Positions 9,133 to 17,435 of a stretch of DNA of 64,000 nt are shown here, piece after piece. The DNA lies in the NCBI GenBank assembly GCA_964448955.1, contig CAYUXT010000004.1, forward strand, positions 36,346 through 100,345, written 5' to 3'. Numbering within the stretch: position 1 is the stretch's first letter; each line of letters starts with the position of its first letter. This DNA comes from an uncultured Taibaiella sp. (lineage in GTDB: Bacteria; Bacteroidota; Bacteroidia; Chitinophagales; Chitinophagaceae). The position numbers and the translations under genes were made by a program. The notes under the pieces were generated by a model. That model did not search any database. It worked only from the letters and a program-made list of their open reading frames with translations, and was not told where the DNA came from.

Positions 9133-9672
9133 TTAAATGTGAATAGTACCTTTAAAAGCCCTACGGATTTCGTCAAGCATCGAAATCTTACGCTCTACCA
9201 ATTCTTTATTAATAGCACCGGTGTTAAGCTCATAATAAATATGGTCTATGGTTATATCGTGTATAGTTTCGGCTATAAGCTCCACGCTGCCAAAGCGTTC
9301 TATCATTTCGGTTACTATATCTGCATCGGTTTTGTGCATTAGTATATTATTTACGGTATTGTTTACCGTAAAAGATATTATACGCTCCGATGTATCGGTA
9401 GTAATAAGAAAATCGGAGGGCAGAGGCTTTTGTATGGTTATTACCTTGTTTGTATTAGCACCTTTGGCGTATATGTAATCTATATTACGCACTAAGCCAA
9501 GCTCTGCAATAGCGAGGTATATCCAATCTTCAAAGGGCTGTGCTACATTTAAGCTGCGGTGCAGTAGCTGTGCAGATACTAATACCGTTTTGCCCGGTAC
9601 TATTTGCGGCTGCTCGTCGGAGCCGACCAAGTTCCTTTCGGTCGCTTGGATTTGTGCTTTTTGTTGTGTCAT
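9133..9672 (-). CDS. phage antirepressor-like protein (AntA-type N-terminal region, tentative)
   Basis: Track ORF 9133..9759. The more plausible start is M30 (MTQQKAQIQ, ATG at 9672). VLVSAQLLHRSLNVAQPFEDWIYLAIAELGLVRNIDYI resembles the AntA/AntB motif (ar.Lh..L.v...f..Wi...i...g.....Df). Confidence 0.4.
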   Translation of the reverse strand: MTQQKAQIQATERNLVGSDEQPQIVPGKTVLVSAQLLHRSLNVAQPFEDWIYLAIAELGLVRNIDYIYAKGANTNKVITIQKPLPSDFLITTDTSERIISFTVNNTVNNILMHKTDADIVTEMIERFGSVELIAETIHDITIDHIYYELNTGAINKELVERKISMLDEIRRAFKGTIHI

Positions 9673-9853
9673 TAAAAAATAAAATAGTAGGCAGGTCGCT
9701 GACACAACATTTATGTGAAACATAAAGAAGCTCGGGACTTTCACCCGTACGCCTGCCATAGTTTAAAATTAATATTTGGGAATGTTTCATTTACAATAAA
9801 CGCTGTGTCTGTTGCAAATATATAAAGAACTTTTTAAAAAGCAAATCAATTAG

Positions 9854-10774
9854 TTAATAATTTATACTTTTCAAAAAATCTTCTTCCGATAATATTTCAA
9901 TTTCAATGCCCTGTTCTTTAAGTTGTAGTGCTCTTTCTTGCTTATTACTCATCCCATCATCACCTACTATCCTATAGTCTTGCTGTCCAACAATTAAGAA
10001 ATTAGTTTTTTTGCTTACCGAATTAGAATTAATACCACCAATGTCTGCTATAATTTTCTGTGCTTCCGGTCTGCTCATCGAGCTTAATAATCCTGTAAAT
10101 ACAATAGATTGTTGATAAAATATACTTTCGCTATCAAATTTTGTAGGGTCGCCTTCAGGTGGCAATAGCTTTTCATAATTTCTTTTTCTTTTTGTAGTAG
10201 CTGGAGTGTATCCATTGGAGTATAATTTGCCTATTGTTGTTTCTAATTTGGCAGGTATATCTTCTTTACAATTTACCCCCATTTTATCAAAAGCAATTAA
10301 GCAAAGCTGTGCTAAAACTTCTGAATCTGGGGCTGCTCTATGTACTCTTCTCGGTAAATTATTAGCTTTGCAAAGTGTTTGCAAATCAAATGAAGCGGAA
10401 TTAGTCCATATTTTTTTAGAGAAAATATAACTGCAAGTATAATCCAATTCGGGATATGGCAAACTATATGTATTTAGTGTATGCCGTAATACACTAAAAT
10501 CGAAGGCAGCATTATGAGCTATTAATAGATTGCCCTCTATTAATTCTTTTACTTCGTCCCATATTTCAGAAAATTCTGGTTTATTAGCAACGTGAGTAGC
10601 GGTAATGCCGTGCAGTAAAGAATTAAAGTAATCAAAGTCGTTAATGTATGGTTTTATTAACCAAGATTTTGTTTCAATAATCTTGTTATTATCAACAAAA
10701 GTTAAGCCTAATTCGCAGGCAGAATTGCGCCGATGCTGACTTGCTGTTTCAAAGTCAATTGTAATAAATTTCAT
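9854..10774 (-). CDS. DnaQ/DEDDh-type 3'-5' exonuclease fused to a C-terminal BRCT domain
   Basis: 306 aa. Exo motifs: FITIDFETAS (Exo I), LIAHNAAFDFSVL (Exo II), HRAAPDSEVLA (Exo III, DEDDh). The C-terminus SIVFTGLLSSMSRPEAQKIIADIGGINSNSVSKKTNFLIVG is BRCT-like. Confidence 0.75.
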   Translation of the reverse strand: MKFITIDFETASQHRRNSACELGLTFVDNNKIIETKSWLIKPYINDFDYFNSLLHGITATHVANKPEFSEIWDEVKELIEGNLLIAHNAAFDFSVLRHTLNTYSLPYPELDYTCSYIFSKKIWTNSASFDLQTLCKANNLPRRVHRAAPDSEVLAQLCLIAFDKMGVNCKEDIPAKLETTIGKLYSNGYTPATTKRKRNYEKLLPPEGDPTKFDSESIFYQQSIVFTGLLSSMSRPEAQKIIADIGGINSNSVSKKTNFLIVGQQDYRIVGDDGMSNKQERALQLKEQGIEIEILSEEDFLKSINY

Positions 10775-10782
10775 CGGGGTAT

Positions 10783-11292
10783 TTATTTTAAAAGATTAAG
10801 CATTTCTTTAAACTTTCTGTCTGCCTTTTGGTTAATGTTATCGTCGTGGTATTTACCGCTACCGTATATGCGTATTTTATCAATTTCGTTTTCTAATAAG
10901 GCTTTGTATTGCTCGGCAGTTAATTCGTATTGTACGTTTACGCCTTGCACATTACTACCTTGTAATTTTCCGTGTTCCAATCCACCTCTAATAGATACAG
11001 CAGAATTTAAAGCAGTAATGGTTATTACACTACCGTTTTTAAGTTTAAACATTAATTCGTTGCCCTCAAAAATAGAAAATTTAACCGTAGGTGCAAGGTT
11101 AATTAAGTATCTGTCATCTACCTTTCTTCCTTTAAGGTAAACATTAATGCTACCAGTCCAGTACCACATAAAGTAATCGGTTTCTATTACTTTATTACCG
11201 GTAAATTCGTCTGTTTCGTTTCTTACTACTTTTTGCGAGTAAGCAGTTGCAGCAGCTATTATCAATAATAGCATAAGAGTAATCTTCTTCAT
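10783..11292 (-). CDS. secreted hypothetical protein
   Basis: 169 aa with signal peptide MKKITLMLLLIIAAATAYSQ. Lies 8 nt downstream of the exonuclease gene. Confidence 0.5.
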   Translation of the reverse strand: MKKITLMLLLIIAAATAYSQKVVRNETDEFTGNKVIETDYFMWYWTGSINVYLKGRKVDDRYLINLAPTVKFSIFEGNELMFKLKNGSVITITALNSAVSIRGGLEHGKLQGSNVQGVNVQYELTAEQYKALLENEIDKIRIYGSGKYHDDNINQKADRKFKEMLNLLK

Positions 11293-11312
11293 AAATTATT
11301 ATTTAAGTAACG

Positions 11313-11480
11313 TTATTTATTCTGCGAAAATAAGCCTTTCAGCCATAACTTAAATTTAGCCCATAGTGTAGGCTCTCCCCACTTACCGCAATCTTCGCAA
11401 AATTCGGTTTCGTGCAAAACGTATAAATGTGGCTGTGGGCAACCCCACTTTCTGGCACAATCGCTACAAAATTCAGCCAT
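11313..11480 (-). CDS. small Cys-rich protein (55 aa, two CxxC pairs)
   Basis: Below the track size cutoff. My translation: MAEFCSDCARKWGCPQPHLYVLHETEFCEDCGKWGEPTLWAKFKLWLKGLFSQNK. The CxxC...CxxC spacing suggests a zinc ribbon. Confidence 0.3.
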   Translation of the reverse strand: MAEFCSDCARKWGCPQPHLYVLHETEFCEDCGKWGEPTLWAKFKLWLKGLFSQNK

Positions 11481-11781
11481 AAAAAGATACATATTTATAA
11501 TTAAAATAAATGCAAAAAAAATAAATTTCCATATTTGGGAATAAATCTAAATACTTTTTTTAAATATTTATAAAAAAGATTATCTTTGCTACATAGAAAA
11601 AGCCCCGTTAGGAAAGAACGAGGCAAGATAAATAAAACAAGGTTGTTTTGAATTGTAGTGCAAAAGTACACCTTTTCACTAATTATCCAAATATCTCTCC
11701 TCCTTTTAACAATTTTGCATATTTATCTTGTAATAGTTCTTCCCGATAGGGATATTATTAACAGCATAAAATAATATAAAT

Positions 11782-12546
11782 ATGCAAGCAGTTCAACTGG
11801 TTATGAATTATAACCGAAAAGTAACAACTACATCAAAGCTAATAGCAGATGCTTTTGAAAAAAGACATGATAATGTCTTGAGGGATATTCAAAATTTGGA
11901 ATGTTCCGATGAATTTAGACTCCTCAATTTTGAGGAGTCCTCCTATATAAATAGTCAAGGGAAAAAAATGCCATTTTATTTCATTACAAGAGATGGATTT
12001 ACTTTATTGGTAATGTCCTTTACTGGTACAAAGGCTACAAAATTTAAAGAAGCTTTCATTAAGCAGTTTAATTTAATGGAAGAAGCCTTACGAAATCAAG
12101 AAAAGGAAAGAACGCCTAATCTTATCCCAACTTATCAGCAACGCATATTAAGCGAGCCTACCAAATCGTGTCCGGACGATAGATGGAATATATTCGACCA
12201 ATCGCACGAAATTATGCTATTTGTAGAAAAGCATATAGGGAGCGTAAATAAATTCGACTTAGTTGATGGAAGCATCGGCAGGCTCTGGAGTATTTATAGA
12301 AGAGACAAAAAGTGGGCGACAGTTGTTACCCAATATTACCATCACTATAAAGATAAAAGAGGTAAGCAATTGTCTAATTGTTATGATTATTCAGAATTAA
12401 AGTATTTTAAAATTTGGCTTAAAAACGATTATAAATTATATCATTTAGGAGATTATCTAATTAATAAATTTAAAAAAGAAAAAAACACAAGGCTGTTAGA
12501 AAAAGCTAATAATCTAATGCCAACAATGCATAAAAAAGCAAGTTAA
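11782..12546 (+). CDS. Rha-family phage regulatory protein
   Basis: 254 aa. The N-terminus VTTTSKLIADAFEKRHDNVLRDIQNL...FYFITRDGFTLLVMSFTGTKATKFKEAFIKQFNLME matches the Phage_pRha pattern from memory. Confidence 0.7.
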   Translation: MQAVQLVMNYNRKVTTTSKLIADAFEKRHDNVLRDIQNLECSDEFRLLNFEESSYINSQGKKMPFYFITRDGFTLLVMSFTGTKATKFKEAFIKQFNLMEEALRNQEKERTPNLIPTYQQRILSEPTKSCPDDRWNIFDQSHEIMLFVEKHIGSVNKFDLVDGSIGRLWSIYRRDKKWATVVTQYYHHYKDKRGKQLSNCYDYSELKYFKIWLKNDYKLYHLGDYLINKFKKEKNTRLLEKANNLMPTMHKKAS

Positions 12547-12570
12547 AAGTAAAGGGAGATAATTGGATGA

Positions 12571-12605
12571 AAAAATAGGGTTGCATTATATGTAACCCTA
12601 TTTTT
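12571..12605. terminator. bidirectional terminator between convergent genes
   Basis: AAAAATAGGGTT-(11 nt)-AACCCTATTTTT: a 12-bp stem with A- and T-runs, between the Rha gene (+) and the 94-aa gene (-). Confidence 0.55.
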
Positions 12606-12889
12606 TAATTAGGCTCCCAATATTCAATTTCATTAGTATCTAAAAATAGTTTTTCACTTAAAGCATTAACCATATCATTTAATTTTTTATCCTCTTCAGC
12701 CTTAATTTCTGGTGGTGTTTCCGGTAAATCTTCACCTATATTTCCTTCAAAATTATCAGGTTGCCAAAAATTAATAGTGTGTAGTCCTTCATAATAATCA
12801 TCTGGTAATAATTCTTCCAGAATAAAACATTTATTATCAAATTCGAGTTTATTAAAATCTTCTTTAGTTATTCTCTTTTTTGTAGCCAT
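12605..12889 (-). CDS. hypothetical acidic protein
   Basis: 94-aa track ORF, Asp/Glu-rich. No motif recognised. Confidence 0.4.
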   Translation of the reverse strand: MATKKRITKEDFNKLEFDNKCFILEELLPDDYYEGLHTINFWQPDNFEGNIGEDLPETPPEIKAEEDKKLNDMVNALSEKLFLDTNEIEYWEPN

Positions 12890-13158
12890 AAAAGTATATT
12901 AATTTAAATTAACACTACGAAAGTAAATAAATATTCAATAATTAGTATATACACTCCATTGTTGATGTTATATTTCAACTTAATATTTCAAACAATTATA
13001 AATACTTTATTTATAAATAAATTTCACTTTTTTATATAAATCAGCTAAAAGTCATTGTTTTGGCACAAAACAAATAAATAAAACAATAATGACTACACTA
13101 AAAAAACAGCAAAAAAAATTTTCTTCGAAGTCAAAATCCTGAAATTAAAGATTCGTCT

Positions 13159-13468
13159 ATGGAACAAATGGAACAACGGCAACAAAACAAGTATTTAATA
13201 TATAAGATACTTATTTTCAATGATAAATATTTTATATAATTATAGTATAAACAAAAAAAGCCGTTGTTTTTTGTTCCATTCTGTTGCCATAAACCAACAT
13301 TAGCTAAAAACATATTATAAATAAAAATAACGATTTTGGAACAAATAGCAACAGAAAGCAACGGATTTTTAGCTTTTTTTCTATTATTTTTTATTATTAT
13401 AATATAGTATTATCAATACTTTTGTATATATCCTTAATAGTCTGTTGCCATTGTTCCATTTGTTCCAT
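13159..13468. repeat. 26-bp inverted repeats bounding an AT-rich segment with GGAACAA / GCAACA iteron-like motifs
   Basis: ATGGAACAAATGGAACAACGGCAACA (13159-13184) matches the revcomp of TGTTGCCATTGTTCCATTTGTTCCAT (13443-13468) at 25 of 26 positions. GGAACAA or its complement occurs at 13161, 13170, 13271, 13338, 13451 and 13460. GCAACA/TGTTGC occurs at 13179, 13282, 13348 and 13443. Confidence 0.75.
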
Positions 13469-13565
13469 AGCCAAAAACGAAATTTGGAAAAAAAATAGGG
13501 TTCTTTAAAAAAAAACGAAAAAATGTAAATTTATCATAAGTAAATAAAGAATAATAATAAAATAT

Positions 13566-13595
13566 AAAAAGCACAGAAATTTTTCTGTGCTTTTT
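13566..13595. terminator. intrinsic terminator downstream of the replication operon
   Basis: AAAAAGCACAGAAA-TT-TTTCTGTGCTTTTT hairpin flanked by A/T runs, 81 nt past the stop of the 60-aa ORF on the minus strand. Confidence 0.55.
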
Positions 13596-13675
13596 ATTAG
13601 TTATAAATAGTGAAATAGCAAATGTATTGATTTCAAAATTTAGCTATATCGTTAAACAGCAAATATGTTGTAATG

Positions 13676-13858
13676 TTAAATATACTCTATAACAACTGCC
13701 GAAGTAATCATATCATCTGTAATATTATCTATATCAGTTAAATCTTTTGCCTTAACGGTAGCAACTACCACATAGTCATATTCTTCACCCTGCTGAATCA
13801 TAACTTCACTTTCAGGATCTTGCTTTTTTAGTAGTTCTATTAATTCTTTTACTTTCAT
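13676..13858 (-). CDS. hypothetical small protein
   Basis: 60-aa track ORF, 24 nt downstream of the 778-aa gene, same strand. Confidence 0.35.
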   Translation of the reverse strand: MKVKELIELLKKQDPESEVMIQQGEEYDYVVVATVKAKDLTDIDNITDDMITSAVVIEYI

Positions 13859-13882
13859 AAAAATTTATATTTAGTATATTAT

Positions 13883-16219
13883 TTAAAAAGGAGTAGGTTT
13901 ATTATCCCCTTTAATATTTTGACCCGATTTCCATTCATTATTATCTACTTCATTATTCATATCGCTATTAAATATCTCAATCTTATAGCGCTCTTGTATT
14001 ACCTTGTAATTAAATTCAGTAGTCCAATAAGAAGCATTCCCCATTCTTTGCTTGCTTTCGCCTACATATACTTGTTTATCATTTTGTAAGTATTGTATTA
14101 AAGTAGATCTGCTTAATACATTATTATCGTTGCGCATTCTAAGCTCTTTAAGGTAGAGTGGGTAAATGTCTTGTATCTTAATATATATATTGTCCGGATT
14201 GCTATTATTATACCTGTATGCTGTACCAGGTGCAATAAGTCTAAGGCTTGCAAGGTTCTCCACCACTTGCCAGAACTTACCAAGGTCATCATTACCTTCC
14301 ATAATATTAAATTGAGCATCAAGGTTTTCAATTAATATTCTGTCAAATAAAATCTCTTTAAAATAGTCGTTATTAGGGTTAAGCAATGGAGATAATAATT
14401 TATTGGTAGTACTGAGTATAGCTATGTTCATTATAAATCTATCATCTATTTCTTTTCGAGTTTTTTTAAAAAAATCAGATAGCTTATTCTCAAACAAGGA
14501 TTTAAACTCCTTAGTCATTACATTTCTTAGCTGTAATATTTCGGAAGTAATATTACTGATGTTGTTATCTTCAAGGCTTTTAAGTTTTTGGAAATTCTTT
14601 TTATCTGTGTCGCTACGGTCCTTACCCGGTTTAAAACTGAGCATTATGCACCGAGAAAAAAGAGCGGGTTCTATCGTTGGCATTTCCTGTCCCGAAAGCA
14701 TACAAGCACTATTTACCGGAATGGTTTGTGTTTGCAAATCGTTTGTCATTTTAGCTCTGGTGTAAGCCTTACCGTCATAAATCTCTTTTAAAGCAGCTAT
14801 AAAAACCTGTTTAATATTATTTTTATATTCGTTAAGCCACACCACGCCATTACGGTATTGTGCAAACTTTCTCTGAAACCCTTTCGGGGTAGAAGTACTT
14901 TCAAGCCCTACGCCTTTTTGCGGTTGTCCAAATAAAGAAATTAAGGAGTTTGCAAAAGCATCTTTACCCGAACCCCTTTGTCCTTCAAGATTAAGGATAG
15001 GCGTTGCTCTAATATTTGGCATACTATATATAATATCTCTAAACATTGCTGCAAGAGTCCATATAATACCAATCGAACCATTTTGTGCCCCATACACTTT
15101 AAGGAATAGGTCGGACCACTCATTATATTTAATGGTACCGTCGTAGTTATATAAATATCTCTTTTCGTCTTCGTATAGAGCATCTTTATCGGCGAACATT
15201 TTACTGTATGCAGGAATGAAGTAATTTTTATCTTTAAATTCTACAATACCGTATTCGTCAATGGGATAAAATGTATTACCGGTTTTCTTTTCTGTATCGA
15301 TTAATCCGTTAGCCCAAGCCCAAAATTTATATCTTGGGCTATATCCGAGTGTATCAATAAGTGTGGTAGGCTTTTCGTTTTTTTGCAAAAATTCCAATAA
15401 TCTGGAAAGATCTGCATCATTTCCTTTAAAAATAAAGTACCCTTGACGTTGCAGTATTTTTTTAAAATTTGCAACGCTAGTCATTTCGTCTGTGTTTACG
15501 TTAATGGTTCTTTCTATCCCTTCTGTATTTTTAATTACAATAAGTCGATAAGCAGCAATATCCGATGTATCGACGTGGAAAAGTATCCGCATTGTAAAAT
15601 TACTGATGTCATCATATACGCCTTTATTATTACGCGAGTAGTATCTGCCTTTATAGGCATAGATACCATAATTAAGCACATCAGAAGTATCGCCGTCGAA
15701 GTCGCCAGGAAGTCCTAAATCTTCATTACGAAGTTTATTCATTTTACCGGTTCGTTCCATTTCCTTTTTTGCAGCAGCTTCTTTTTTATCTATATCTTCT
15801 TTGATATAGTTTTTCAACTCAGCAGCCGAAAGTTTAGGCAGGCAAAGAGCGTTGAGTTCAAGGAGCAGAGAATATTCTCTATCATATAGTTTTTTTTGCG
15901 CCAGGTATTCGGTAGATTGGAGCTTACCTTTATCTTTTATTTTATTGAGTATAGCTTCAATGGCATCAATTTTCTTTTGTTGCGCCTTAACGTTGTTTTC
16001 AGCTTTTTTAGCATCGGCAGTAAAAGTTTCTGCGATGCGGTTTATGTAGCTATCTTTTTTAATATTATTACCTATGCAGTTGAGCATAAGTAATAATTTT
16101 TCGACACAAAATATTTGGTCGTCAGGAGTTTTCGCTTCGTTCCATATACGTTGCGCTTTCCACATTACTGCATCTTGGTGCAGCGATTTAAAATGTTCTT
16201 TAATATTAATCATCATCAA
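13883..16219 (-). CDS. phage/plasmid replication protein, SF3-like P-loop NTPase (primase-helicase class, tentative)
   Basis: 778 aa. Walker A-like NLEGQRGSGKDAFANSL, Walker B-like GVVWLNEY, and then SACMLSGQEMP...PALFSRCIML. The N-terminal ~170 aa are coiled-coil-like. No primase motif was identified by eye. Confidence 0.55.
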   Translation of the reverse strand: MMMINIKEHFKSLHQDAVMWKAQRIWNEAKTPDDQIFCVEKLLLMLNCIGNNIKKDSYINRIAETFTADAKKAENNVKAQQKKIDAIEAILNKIKDKGKLQSTEYLAQKKLYDREYSLLLELNALCLPKLSAAELKNYIKEDIDKKEAAAKKEMERTGKMNKLRNEDLGLPGDFDGDTSDVLNYGIYAYKGRYYSRNNKGVYDDISNFTMRILFHVDTSDIAAYRLIVIKNTEGIERTINVNTDEMTSVANFKKILQRQGYFIFKGNDADLSRLLEFLQKNEKPTTLIDTLGYSPRYKFWAWANGLIDTEKKTGNTFYPIDEYGIVEFKDKNYFIPAYSKMFADKDALYEDEKRYLYNYDGTIKYNEWSDLFLKVYGAQNGSIGIIWTLAAMFRDIIYSMPNIRATPILNLEGQRGSGKDAFANSLISLFGQPQKGVGLESTSTPKGFQRKFAQYRNGVVWLNEYKNNIKQVFIAALKEIYDGKAYTRAKMTNDLQTQTIPVNSACMLSGQEMPTIEPALFSRCIMLSFKPGKDRSDTDKKNFQKLKSLEDNNISNITSEILQLRNVMTKEFKSLFENKLSDFFKKTRKEIDDRFIMNIAILSTTNKLLSPLLNPNNDYFKEILFDRILIENLDAQFNIMEGNDDLGKFWQVVENLASLRLIAPGTAYRYNNSNPDNIYIKIQDIYPLYLKELRMRNDNNVLSRSTLIQYLQNDKQVYVGESKQRMGNASYWTTEFNYKVIQERYKIEIFNSDMNNEVDNNEWKSGQNIKGDNKPTPF

Positions 16220-16312
16220 AAAAGAATTTTATGCTACTTTTGCTAACTTAATCCATTCAAGTAATTTAATGCTCAAAAGTTCGGTAGCTTTCCCGTGAGG
16301 GGTACAAAAACT

Positions 16313-16353
16313 AAAAGCTACAATTCAATGCTTAATTGACTTGTAGCTTTTTT
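16313..16353 (+). terminator. orphan terminator-like hairpin at the island/dusB junction
   Basis: AAAAGCTACAA-(17 nt)-TTGTAGCTTTTTT. No plus-strand gene lies upstream of it. Confidence 0.3.
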
Positions 16354-16388
16354 CTATTATTTCGGCATATTTATTGCTTTTTATACAA

Positions 16389-17378
16389 ATGGTTACAATT
16401 GGCAAAATAGAATTAGGAGACTTTCCGCTATTGCTTGCACCAATGGAAGATGTAAGCGACCCTCCTTTTCGTGCCGTATGTAAAGAACAAGGAGTGGACT
16501 TAATGTACACCGAATTTATCTCTTCCGAAGGATTAATCAGAGATGCTATAAAAAGCAAACAAAAATTAGACATTTTCGACTACGAACGCCCCATAGGTAT
16601 TCAGATATTTGGTGGAGACGAAGATGCAATGGCTCTTTCTGCAAAAATTGTTGATGCTACGCAACCCGATTTGATTGATATAAATTATGGCTGTCCGGTT
16701 AAAAAAGTAGTGTGTAAAGGAGCCGGAGCTGGCATTTTAAAAGATATACCCAAAATGGTAACTCTTACGAAAGCAGTAATAAAATCTACCAATTTACCCG
16801 TTACCGTTAAAACCAGGCTCGGCTGGGACGAAGATACCAAAAACATAGAAGAAGTAGCAGAACGATTACAAGACATCGGCGTACAAGCATTATCCATACA
16901 CGGAAGAACAAGAGTACAAATGTATAAAGGCAATGCCGATTGGACACTTATTGCAAAAGTAAAAGAAAATCCACGGATACACATGCCTATTTTTGGCAAT
17001 GGAGATATAGATACTCCTCAGCGTGCATTGGAATATAAAAACAAATATGGCGTAGATGGTATAATGATAGGGAGAGCCGCAATCGGTTATCCTTGGATAT
17101 TTAGGGAAATAAAATATTACCTCCAAACCGGAAAAACGCTACCTCCCCCTACCCTACAAGAACGAATAAATGTTTGCAAAAAACATTTAGACTTTGCCGT
17201 AAAATGGAAAGGAGAAAAATTAGGCATCTTAGAAATGCGCAGACATTATGCACCTTATCTCAAAGGTATTGCCAATGTAAAAGAATATAGGACAAGATTA
17301 GTCAATACGCTTTCTCTCTCCGAAATCAACGATACGCTTGATGAGTGTTTGGAAAATTTGATAGATAGCATTTGCTAA
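16389..17378 (+). CDS. dusB: tRNA-dihydrouridine synthase
   Basis: Track ORF from a TTG at 16374; the first ATG is at 16389 (MVTIGKIELGDFPLLLAPMEDVSDPPFR). INYGCPVKKV, TVKTRLGWD and LSIHGRT are typical Dus family motifs. Confidence 0.85.
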   Translation: MVTIGKIELGDFPLLLAPMEDVSDPPFRAVCKEQGVDLMYTEFISSEGLIRDAIKSKQKLDIFDYERPIGIQIFGGDEDAMALSAKIVDATQPDLIDINYGCPVKKVVCKGAGAGILKDIPKMVTLTKAVIKSTNLPVTVKTRLGWDEDTKNIEEVAERLQDIGVQALSIHGRTRVQMYKGNADWTLIAKVKENPRIHMPIFGNGDIDTPQRALEYKNKYGVDGIMIGRAAIGYPWIFREIKYYLQTGKTLPPPTLQERINVCKKHLDFAVKWKGEKLGILEMRRHYAPYLKGIANVKEYRTRLVNTLSLSEINDTLDECLENLIDSIC

Positions 17379-17415
17379 AAAAAGAGTGTAAACGAAAATT
17401 CATTTACACTCTTTT
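17378..17415. terminator. bidirectional terminator between dusB and the T9SS substrate gene
   Basis: AAAGAGTGTAAA-(10 nt)-TTTACACTCTTT: a 12-bp stem with A- and T-runs. Confidence 0.6.
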
Positions 17416-17435
17416 GTCATAATTACTTCTTACCG

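Noticed and set aside
9079-9790. Overlapping track ORFs 9079-9342(+), 9248-9478(+), 9530-9790(-) and 9540-9725(+).
   Set aside because: They overlap the AntA-like gene in other frames or on the other strand and are Cys/Phe/Ser-rich low-complexity sequence, so they are most likely spurious.
13131-13361. 76-aa minus-strand track ORF in the repeat block.
   Set aside because: It lies in nearly pure A/T DNA and reads through the iteron-like motifs. Its peptide is Ile/Phe/Tyr/Cys-rich with no start context. The region is better explained as non-coding repeats.
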